Of a stretch of 64,000 nucleotides of DNA, positions 28,801-40,800 are shown piece by piece. The notes under the pieces were generated by a model, which saw only the letters and a list, made by a program, of their open reading frames with translations, was not told the origin of the DNA and did not search any database. This DNA is from Phoronis australis. Taxonomy: Eukaryota > Animalia > Phoronida. Positions within the stretch are counted from its first letter, which is position 1, and every line of letters begins with the position of its first letter. The position numbers were made by a program, and so were the translations under genes. Location of the stretch: NCBI GenBank assembly GCA_002633005.1, contig NMRA01000056.1:786137-850136 (forward strand), read 5' to 3'.

Positions 28801-31800
28801 TCACCATCCTGGCCAGGTGGACCTATGACATTCTTGTCCATACTATTTCTCCTGCTTATCTTGTTCATGTTTACCTGGCCTTTGATAGGAACCTTCCTGT
28901 CAAATACATCTTTGTCAGCCATATCGTTGCCTACCATGACATTGTTTGCCGTGTTAATATCAGCAATTCTGGCACCAGCCATGTTGTCGCCAGCCATATT
29001 GTTTGCTGGCACATTGTTTTCGGCCATATTGTTCGTAGCCATGTTGTTGTCAGCCATTTTATTGTCAGCCACATTGTTATCAGCCATATTGTTGTCAGCC
29101 ATATTGTTGTCAGCCACATTGTTGTCAGCCACATTGTTGACAGCCATGTTATTGACAGCCTTATTGTCAGCCATATTGTTGGTAGCCACATTGTTATCAG
29201 CCATATTGTTGACAGCCATGTTGTTGTCAGCCTTATTGTCAGCCATGTTGTTGACAACCATGTTGTTGTCAGCCATATTGTCAGCCATATTGTTGACAGC
29301 CATGTTGTTGTCAGCCACAATATTCTGATGACCAGGCTGATGCCCATTCACCTTGCCATCAAGCCCACCAAATTCATGAAACGAGTTTCCTACCAGACCA
29401 ACAGGTGCTGCAGTTTTTGTTCGGAACTGTTTCCGTCGGTTTTTACTCATTTTCTTCGTCTGCTTTCTGTGAAGAACTTGCTCATCCCCATTAACGGCTT
29501 TCACAGTCTTTTTATACGCAACCTTTTTTTCATTGCCAATGTTTCTTTCTTTTTGGTCATCAATTTCGTTTTCATCATTGACATTGCTGGTTGGCTTGAA
29601 GTTACTTCCAACAATTTTTCCTACGTGAACTTTAGGAACAGGAGTCTGGCTTTTTCCAACACCATCTGGCATCAAATTCCCATATTCTTTCTGTACCTGA
29701 ACATGTTTTTGCCTTGACTTACTCTGTAGCAACAAAGTTTTCTCAGGAAGTATCTTACGGCTGACTGGTCTGCTTGTAATCATAGAAACATCCCTATTGT
29801 CTGCATTTAACTTGCCATCAGCCTCCTGCCTCACCTTGTGACCCATATTGCGGCCATTTTTATTCAGATTCTTCCCAACAAACCTCCCATCATTCTCTCT
29901 TTGTTGTCCCCTCCCTCGACCATCATCTTCTCCCAGATTTTTAGTCCACTTCAAATTCCCGCCGTCTGCTTCCTTTGCTTTCTTCTCGTTTCCAAGTGGT
30001 TGATCATTCAGTGACCCCATGGCAAGCTTCAACGCCTGCTCATCTTTCGTCAGTTGCACATCGCCATCTGTCTGTTCGCGGCGCGGATCCCCGTCCTTTA
30101 TCTCTCTGTCCCATGTCTTGTCCATCAGCTTGTGATTGGGCAGCTGGGTTGTATGGGCAGTTTCACGGTCCCAGTGTTGTTCCCATTGGTTTTTGCCAGA
30201 TTTGACAGGCATGTCCTCATTAACTCGTATCCACGATTCAGCAACGCCATCAACTTGGCTTGCTGCCTTGTTGTGTCGTACATAAACTTGTGTAGTGGAA
30301 GGCAAAGAATGTACTCTTGGTTTCGTCTTTGCGTGTTGCTACGAAACAAAAAATAATAGTTGCAACACAAAATTCAGAAAATACATGCACTAACAGCTCC
30401 TCATTTTGGGATGAATGTTTCAAATATTTTAAATTCCAAACCACGTTAATGAAGTGCGTTAAAACTTAGTAGGAAGTTGTCTGATTTTTGTCTAGATGAT
30501 GTCTTTGAGAAATGCTATGAGTTATGTATAAAACAGAACTTTTTGCTACAACTGTGTAAAAATTGGCACAACAGAGCAGGTGAGAAAGATGGGGGAACCG
30601 AATTCAGAATATTTTTGTTAGGAAACATATAAACAAACCAAGGCCACGCATCTAATCTTGGAACTTGAAATGATTCATGTGTGCTCAAGCATAACGTAGT
30701 TTACACAGGTGAGCGTCTAGTCTTAGTTTGCACTTGATGACCCCAAATTCGAGCTACAAACTCGAGTGAAAACTTGTAATTTTGAGTTCAGACTTAGTAA
30801 ATTATATAATTAATGCTGATGTTGTCCAATATAGTGAATTAAACTTAAGCAAATTAACACGGAAAAAACAGGAACCCCAACTGGGAATCGAACCATGGGC
30901 CTCTCGAATACCACTCTAGTGCTCTTACCACTGATTTTTCTGTGTTTATTTGTTAAGTACAGACTCAAGCTTATAACTTTAATTTTGGGGTTATCAAGTA
31001 TGGACAAAGAACCATAGTCATCCACATGGCGCTATAATGTACAGGAGCAGACAATAAGGGTCACACCTATTAAGTTTGCACAAAAGTAGAATGGAAAATG
31101 GAAAGTATCAAAAATAAATTTGAGTTTGATTTCGAGAAAATCGAGAACGGCCCATAATTCAGGAAAATACTGTTAAACTAAAAACTGACACTCTAGTGCG
31201 CTAACTGTAACGGTAAAGATTGGTAAGAACCCCCTTAAAATTCTAGGAGTATTTGCACATGGAATTATTACTATTCTCTGCACGGACACATGGCTGGAAA
31301 GATTTTTACCATTTCTATCTCCACTTCAACTTCAGTGCAATACAGTAAAAACCAGAGTGACACCATGCAGCAGGGACTCATCTAGGACTCCAAAAATGGG
31401 GGTTCAAATTCATGAGATTGACACTCACTATATGCTGGTATTCTGTATGAGGTCACCCTAACATCACGTGACATGGAGGCATTTCCCAAAAAAAACAGGG
31501 CTGCCAGCATTTGCCAATCATGAGCGTGACATTTACAGCAAAAATAGACAGTTGTGATCACAGACACACGTCTAAATATTTATTGAACAAAAACAACTAA
31601 TTATAGGTTTCAAAAATTTAATCATCAGAAATGTTGAAATTCTTCATTTAGCCACCATTTTTGCCGAAGGTGTCTTGAAACAAGCCGCCTTTTTTCTCAT
31701 GCTAGTGCCGTCATTTTAAAAACTGGCCAGCCATAACAACCATTAGACGAGTTCCTGCTACGCAGCCAGTATTAATTGCTAACAATTTAACAGCCCCCAG

Positions 31801-34800
31801 ACTTCTAAAGTACTGACATGCAATCCGTCTCTTAAGATGTACTTACAAAGTGATTAGAGACCGGCTCTTGCTTTCTAACATAGATGTCAGGTTCATTTGC
31901 ATCCTGCCCAACAATCCTTTGCACGGCTTCGTGCACAGTCAGCCTGCTTGACACGGAGTCTCCGTCCATAACTCCACTCTAAATAAACGAAACGGGAAAA
32001 AGTCAGTCAAAATTAGGAATTACAACAGGACGACGGGTCTCACAGTGTCACAGCAGAGCTACGGTAGTTTTCAAACCAAGCTGGACAACGTCAGAAGTCG
32101 ACAAAATTATGACACACTAAATATCCATTTCTTTTTGAGAAGAACACGATTCAATTTGGGCTAAATCTCGGTCAAATCTCGACAGGTGTTGCTAGACAAA
32201 CATTGTCGAAATAGCGATGACTAAATGCCTTACAAGTTCATAAACAAAAAAATTGGGCTAGGAGGAATAACATCACATTAAAGTACGACTTAAACTCAAC
32301 AAATATTGCGACAAAAATTGTCTAGACTACCGAAGCAATCCAGGCAAGAACTTCTCCAAACTAGGCGGAGTCAGACAGATTTCGGTGGAAGTGTATCCAC
32401 TTTATTTTGAAAACTACTGTTAGCAAGGCAATACTACGATCAACGATATATCAGTCACGGAACTACAGTTTTGTTGACCGGGTTCTGTTACCTAAAGGGC
32501 CATTCAAAACTTTTGAATCCCTCCCGCCTGAATGTACATGAAACCAGCAATTTTCACATATTTATTGGTGTCTGAAATGATGAGATAGAAAACCACGATT
32601 CTGGAAGATAAATATTGCCAAAATTGTACCCACTGCTGACAAGTTACGTCACACAGAGCAACAACTGCCCTATTTAAGGAATGTTTATATGGTCAACCAC
32701 TAATCCGATGTGTCATTAATTAGATTACAGTGCAATATCAGTGGGACATCATCATTTAAGCACAACATTTATTAAATAAATAAAGTTTAATGCAAAGAGC
32801 TGACAGCAGGCACATTATAAAAATGATTTTGTAAACAAAAAGCACTAACTTGTAAACAGCTGCTCAGACTGGCTCAGAACAGATTGAACAAAAGTTAATT
32901 ATATCAACAAAACTGGAATAATGTTCAAACAAGGAAGCCCACAGCATTCAATTTTCAGCATTTAAAGCCCTGGTCACACATTGACATCCTCTCAAATTTG
33001 TTACGGCATTCTCACACAAGTACATAGTAGACTTGGACAAGCATACATTCCACCGAATCATATTCGAAATGTATTGAATAGGCGTGGCCATTTCTTGACA
33101 GCTTGAGCGTAGTCAGAAGTTGGAAGGATCACTAAGATCGAGCTACGACAAGCACCCTGTCTTCTCACGAGTAGCCGATCTCCCCAGAGACCAAGCGTGC
33201 ATGCGTGAACGGAATTAAACAAGAATTTGCGAATGAAACAAACATGCTGACAGATAGTACACAGCTCACTTTTTTTCGAACGAGTGGCAACGAGGCGTCG
33301 ACCAGGCATCTAGAGGAAGGCAAATGACAGCCAAGCGCTCAACAAGACGGGTCATACATCAGCCATCACAAGCTACATCCCACGGACCTGACCATTAGCG
33401 GTCTAGGCATCGCTCGTACAACAAATTACTGGCGAGCTGTACTGATGTACCACTGGCGTCACGGTTACTACTGAAAAACTGGGGTAAGGTCCATAGATTC
33501 AAGACTCTTGCGTCAATGTAAGATCGTGCAAGACCACGCAGTAACACACGCTGAGTGAAAGGTGAGTGTTTTGGAGAAAGCTCGGGAGCCTACGTTCAGT
33601 GTACCCTAACAGAATGTCGGACGCCTAAGTGATTCGTTTCTTCACGTTGGGATGTAAAATTATGAATTATAATCCACTGTTTCTGTTCCATAAAAGGCGA
33701 TTTCCGGCTGCAAGTGCTTTGCAAGGGTCTTGGGTCTACAGAACGCAGTCCAGTTTCAGCACACCCATTACAGTAACCGTACGTGAAAGTCATGCCAAGC
33801 AAAATTGTTAATTATTGAGCAATACCTTCTTTTTGGATTTCCTGATTTTCTAAAATCAATTCTGATTATTACTTGATGTTTTTCATACACCGACCATACC
33901 ACCACATACCAGCACAGACTACAACAAGCTACAAATATTTCAAAACAAATGACAGGACCCTGAAAATAATCTAACAAGCAAAGTTAAACCTTTCCAGGAA
34001 AAAGTGTCCTGTTCAATAAGGATAATATTTGTTCATACTTAGGGAGCTTCAAGGATAAAAGCTACTTAATTTGAAATCAATAACTAAAGGTTAGTCATAA
34101 GACTTTATCCACAAGTCTATGCATTCAGCCACATCTTCACAAGGACTTAACTCAAGACCGACGACTGTGTTACCACTCAGCTGTTGTAAATCATTATCAC
34201 AGACAAAACCAACCTATTTGCAAAAACATGAATAGGAAGATTGTTCTCGTGAACACTTTAATGCAGTTGTGCAAACACGACCACCCTCAACAGAGCAAGC
34301 TGCATTTCACCCGTTTACTTGCCAATGGCGAATTCTTAACTGAAGCACTTTGAGGTTTGAAAATATGTGACAGTAATCCGATCTTGTATTATTGCCGGAT
34401 GCACTAGCAACTCAATTCACAGGCAATGCGGACAGGGGCCATTTACGAATCCGCTTAATATACAGTGCATGGACAAGAACCAGTTTTAATCCAATGGAAC
34501 TTTCGACAGAAATGACGTGTGACTTAATTAGTGCATGAGTCGTTTGCGTTTGTCATGCAGTGTAACTTTAAAGACACCACAAGATTCGCCTACAATTGAT
34601 TAGATCCAAACAATAGAAGTATTGAATATTTTTTCCACTTGATCAGTTTTATGGTAAATTGGATGTTGTTCCACAAAGTGACTGATGACTAGCACAATAT
34701 TGTCGTTACACTCAAACACTCAGCGGTCATGACGAGGAATCACGGTGATCCTTTGGCTTGAACTGTAAATGTTCTTTAAGATAAAATCTCAAAGATATTG

Positions 34801-37800
34801 TTAAGTTTTATTCTCCTTTTTAGTTTTTTAAATCAAAATCATACAAACAATTGTTAGCCCATCGTGAAAAAAGAGGATCAATTTGAAAATTCTTTACAGC
34901 ATTTTGGAGAACTGAACATAAAATGTAGTGTTCTATAGTTTTATATGAATTTGAACAGCCATTTCTGAGATATCATGTTCTGATTCAGAAGCTAGCCAAA
35001 TTTGGAAATTTAATTTTAAATCTAGAAAACTTTCAACCAGAGCAGTTGCGAGACGGTGTTTCTTGACTTTGACATTGCCATGATCCTAGCACAGCAATAC
35101 TTAATACCACCTAGCCTGCGGTACAGAAATTAACAACAAACCACTTTAAAATAATCAATCAGCTTAGCACTTGGCACTCAATATTGTGGAGAACTGAAAT
35201 TTCAATTTGCCAAATTTATCAAGAAAAATAACGTTATTTTTACTTCATTATTTGTGCAGTCTGCCCTGTAAAGTTACCTGTTGTATTCAAGAGATGACAT
35301 ATTTCTTACAAAGTGTTTAGTTACCACAAAATCTGTTTCAGCAACAAATAATACACAGTAATCACTGGAGTCCATGAACTAATGAAAACAATGAAGTGTC
35401 CACCTGGTTCTGGCTCTCGCACTGACTACACTGAATCCATGGTCTCAAACTGACCGGTCTCAAACTGACCGACTGCCAATAGAACAAAGCAGTCTATGTA
35501 TAGAACACTCTCACTAGGTTACAGTAGGCACTAAACCTCAGCCTGACTGGATGACTCAAACTGGGTCAGTACCACAACATTACTATAAAACAAACCTTAA
35601 AGTAGCACTTAGAACACAATGTCAGCAGGCTTTGAAGAAATAGGAAATCACGCTTCCAGCACCAATAGTTGTACAATATTTCCCTTGATAAACTAGACTG
35701 ACTTGGTGTGTAATGATTTTTCATGCAAACTATAAGCAAAGTTCTTGTTATACATGAAAGTTATCATCAGTGTTAAGTCTTATAGTTTAAATGCAATAAT
35801 AATCATTGTTTATTGTTTTCACCAATAGCACACACGCGCAGAAACACAGAAACTTTATGTTTCGCTTTTTGAAAACTTACCATTGTTAGAGACACAGCTA
35901 GACTACTACCTTGGCACACAATATTCCGGGAATTCAATTTTTTACTATAAACCAATCGCAGCAACTTCAGAAATATCTTCCTACGTGTTAATTCCACCAA
36001 ACCTGAAAATGATTCACCATGTAGTATCTAACATTTCTAAAATCTATTGATCTATTTGAATTAAGCCTAATTGACCTATCGCTACGATTTTGAGTGACGG
36101 CTTAACTGACCAATCAGAACGCAGCATTCTTGACACACCTTTGTTTCCAAGCTGCTATTTTACCCGACAAACAACACGTTGTCAGGTAAAACTTATTGTT
36201 TGTTTGTCCACTTTTTGTAAGGGCGTGGAGCTTGCGATAGGTCAATTACACTAGCAAGACATTTCCATTGGACACTTCTCTAACCATCTTCAGGTGTTAC
36301 AGGGTTCTTAGAAGAACGAGCACAGGTACACTCATAGTAGTCAATGATGGGCACCTTTTTACTTTATTTTTCAGAATGATGCTACCACATCACCACCTCA
36401 AAGCGGTTTTTGGAAAACATGACGTAACAAAATTAAAAATAATTAAACCACTAGCCTACTTCTCACTCGAATTCAAGGTATTTTCTGAGTTTGGGAAGAA
36501 CTGACAGTTCTCTATAGTCAACACCAGAGGCTGGTTGCATGAAACAGTCCCAAATAGGGACTCAACTTAGTTCCCTAAATCTTTTTCGTATTTGTTTCGT
36601 TCTTAAGGCATGGATGTAATATTCTTGTATAATATATCTTTATTATGAGCTCTTCTTTGACTAATGGCATTTTCTAATAATATATTAACTAAAAACCCTT
36701 AATTCAATCAAAATAATTAGGGACTTAGTCCTAAAATTGGGGGTGTTGCATGCAAAGATCCCTTCTTATTTTCAATAATATTGAGAATTTAATGTAGAGT
36801 TCACTCTCTATTTGTATCAAAGACAAAAACTGATTTATTAATAATAATAAACAACATAAGAAAGGGCAGTCATTGTTTTCACAAGCCCACAAATATGCAG
36901 AAGATTTAGGATACTTAGCTGAGTCCCTATTTGGGACTGTTTCATGCAACTGGGCACAGGCTCTATAAGCTGGCATGTCGTGACGGGTCATTTTATCCAT
37001 CGAGGGTCTCACACAATAAGGATCTGTCAGTCAAGAAATCACTATGAAACAAGTCGACATATGGGTCATAGTAACACAACAACAAGTGTTTTATGTCCGC
37101 AGTTAGTTTCTTTGAGGAAAGGCACATTTACAACACCTCTAATCACTTGCTATTGCTTTCTTCGTTCCAGTACATTACAATGTAACATAAGTTGTGAAAA
37201 ACTACCGTTATCAAACTGTAAACCAATCTTAGCTAATTCATTTCAATGAAATGAATCACTAATGATGGACAATACGTTCTGTTTTCAATCCATCACAGAA
37301 TTGTTAAACAACCTACCAAATGGTACAAGGGAATGAAGAGATATTGTGTTTGGATTGGCTGTTGTTGTCGTTGTGACCTTTGATCTATCAGAGGAGATAA
37401 CCATGGCACTGCTGGAACCATTTGAATGTTGGAGTACACACTGGAAATCAAGAAAAATTGAATGAACAAATTTACAGTTTTATTTAAACTCCAAAGAGGA
37501 CTGCTTGCATTAAACCCACTTCAATGTCAATGACCAAAACAGTTTCTATATTCAACAAAGTCATATAAAAAGTTTGATTTTACATTCTACCTAAGTGTAA
37601 ATTACGATATAATTCTTGACTTATTTGGCACACATATGGATGACAAGTGAAATTTGATTTTGTAAAATTTCTCTGCAAAAACATAGATTAAGAAAATTTT
37701 AGCCTATCAGGAGCACGGATCACAGTGTGCACTTCATAACATCAAAATTTCCCCAAAATTCCCATTATTAGCAAAAAGGTATTCAGCCCTTGAAAATGGA

Positions 37801-40800
37801 AGATTTACCATTTTAGAAAAAATTTTTGTGCAAAACACACGAAGAATTTAATTATAACAGTAGTCCAAAATGGACGGCGCATAAACTAAGCTCATCCAAC
37901 ATGACTCACTGCACACAGTGTTGGAAACATAATTAACCTACAACTTAAAGGTTCAAGCACACAATAGAGACTCCACCTTGTCGCCAATGAGGCGTCCAGA
38001 CTTTTCACATCATAGATACCCCAAAAAACCTTAATTCATCAGCACAAGTTACATGGCAATACACAACTGCTCTGTTGATGCCATCACACCTAGTGTTTCT
38101 TTTCTGTGACTGATTATGCTAAGAGACCTGCAGTTTACTGGGGCCGTGGCAGTACAGTTTGACTTTCAAAAAGTTTTGTGCACTTACTAAAGTATACATT
38201 TTCTGAAACCATAAAGCTTTAATTTTGGGTGTCACTGGGTCACATGTCCTAAAATATATATGGCAAAAATTCTTTAGTTTGGGACAAAAATAATAATTTC
38301 TAAAATTGCCATGCTTCTATTCATTAGATACTTACCACATTCTCACAAATGCTCAAAATTTTACTAGATGTTGTTTGGTAATAGCTCCGTCTTACAAAAT
38401 AATGTCCCAAGCAAAGAAAATCTTCTTGAAAAGTTATTTTTGTTGAGAAATTTGTGTCTCAAACTAAAGATTTTTACCATATGTATTGGATGGCAAACCA
38501 ACGGACCATAAATAACAAACAAATTTCTTAAATACACATCCTCAAAAAGTATCAAAAATGTTAATAGTCACAACATGACACATTTTGGATGTTTTGCGTA
38601 ATCTTAAGGAATGATTTAAAAAGAATGCTTGTTCCAGTGAAAAAACATTCCCTCACCTGAGGGCTCTGAACTAATTTCAGGCATGTTTTAGATGGGAGAG
38701 GATGGCGGCCTTGCTGGACGGTGACTTTGACTAAACCACGAGCGGACCACGTCGCAAGACCAGTAACAATCTCTGTCAAGCACTTAAGTTTGCCAACGTC
38801 ACATGACCTTCTCACCAAGTGCAGTAGACTACTCCAGGAGTTGACAAAGAATAGCCGCTGCGAACGAAAAATCAATCAAGAGATTGCAAAGCAAACTTTC
38901 TTGCCCTTGCATAACCATCGTATTCTAATAACGATCAAGACTAGTTACCTAATAACAAATTAACACTAATACTAATGACACAAGACCACTGCGTTAATCT
39001 GAAGAGAGGTATCCAGTTGATGCTGTAATGAGACTAACTAGGTCAGTAATAAGCCCGCAAATATTAGTCAACGGCACTAGTCTGATATAACGTGCCTGTA
39101 TTTTGAGAACCCGTTTGATGCCCGTTATTCAGTGGAGAAATCTGGTTCTCAAAATTGAGGCACGTTATATCAGACCATTACCTTAGTCAACAGCGTCAAA
39201 AGAGAAACAATGAGAAGGCTTAACTGACAGATAACTTGCTGCAAACGCAGACTGCCAGACTTTAAAACCAACCTGTTTTTGATCTTGCGTGCGAATATTG
39301 GACACGTAAGTAACTTGACTGGAGGATATGAACTGAGCAACGACTTTCTCAAACTCATGTGGAAGTAAATTACCAGTCATGGATGTTAGGTTACTGAGAA
39401 ACACAGTCCCAAAAAGAACCTGCAAGTAGAATGGAAGTCAAAAGTCAAAAATGGAAATTGAACAAGTTTATGCTCATGAAGCGTTCCCATGATTCATTCC
39501 ACAGCATTGTGCATGTTTCCTGGTACTATCTAAATACAATTCAACGAGACACCTGGCTACAGACAATTAGACAAAATGATGCCACAAAACAAGACAGCCA
39601 TGCAAAGAATATAGGTCATTCAAATGACTCTGTGAATGGTCTCATGGAAACCATCAGAATCAATTGAAAACTGCATTAGGCTTATGTTGGTATACTGGGA
39701 CTAGCAAGTAAACCGTAGCACAAGGACCATTATATGAAAACAGTCTTTTTACCATTGACATCTCATTACATTAAGATTTGACATAGAAAATCAAATTACT
39801 AATGTTGGAACCAAAACTCCAAGCAACCTAACAAGTTCCAAGCCTTGAAACACTAAATAACAATGAGGCTGGATTGTACAAAAGATTGTCACTGAAAAGN
39901 TTTTGTATTCACCTCATGCTTGGCTACCTAGCCCAGCCGCTACAGTACGGGGCAAAAGTATTCAGACAAAATGACCTGCAATTTCCTGTCACAACAGCTG
40001 GACGGAAGCCAAGTTCATTGTCAGAGTAGTCTCCCCTGATGACCAAAAATTCAGGGGAATTAACAAGAAAATTTCACCAGGTCACCAAGCCATTCTGTAA
40101 TTAGGAATGTGTTGACATAATACTAAATACCAGTCATTTTTGCTGTAAGGTGGCTAAGCCATTCTGCAATTAGATTTTTGTCCACGTAATAGTAATTGTA
40201 ATAATAAACCATTCCTGTTGTTAACGGAATTATCTACCATGACAGGGAAACAGTGCTATGTGTGATTACTTTTGTCTGGTACTGTACATGGCCTATTGAT
40301 TACTTTTGTCTTGTACTGTATGTCTCACTTCATACCTGGTAATCAGCATACAAACTGTCAGCCACATCCTGCACACGCCCAGACTGTACATGGCCGATGT
40401 AAATGTTGTGAACACCATTGTGTTTTGTGTAGTCTATCACCTGAGATAAAGTGGAATCTGAAACAAAAAGGAATGACGCAAATTTCAATTCAAATCCTCC
40501 AAATCCTTTATGATCACAGAATCGAATCATGCATACGGCAATAGCGCCTGGATGTAAATAATCACACGGCTGCTTTTAATCTAAAATCACGAACATTCAT
40601 AGAAACCAATATGACATCCACAGACAAGGACATTTTTGCAAGCGTACAATAGAATCCCATTTCTGTGATCTTTTGGCTAAAACATTTCTCAGATTTTCTG
40701 ACAAGGCCTTTCAGCCCAAGAACTCTACTGTCAAAAACAAGTTCCAAAACATTTCACCAAACATTGAAATTATAGTAGTTGCAACATCCAGTCACTTAAC

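Noticed and set aside
28566-29717. 383-aa and 179-aa plus-strand ORFs and a 138-aa alternative-frame ORF overlapping exon 10
   Set aside because: These are shadow frames of a stop-poor 15-bp repeat. Only the 596-aa frame has splice sites in phase with neighbouring exons.
33825-33959. Exon-like hydrophobic segment GPVICFEIFVACCSLCWYVVVW with AG/GT borders
   Set aside because: Its phase 0-to-2 borders do not fit between exon 8 and exon 9 (both phase 0), and the model is complete without it.
35278-35388. Possible extra exon FMDSSDYCVLFVAETDF
   Set aside because: The donor is ambiguous, there is no counterpart in the other modules, and it is not needed for frame. It cannot be fully excluded without RNA data.
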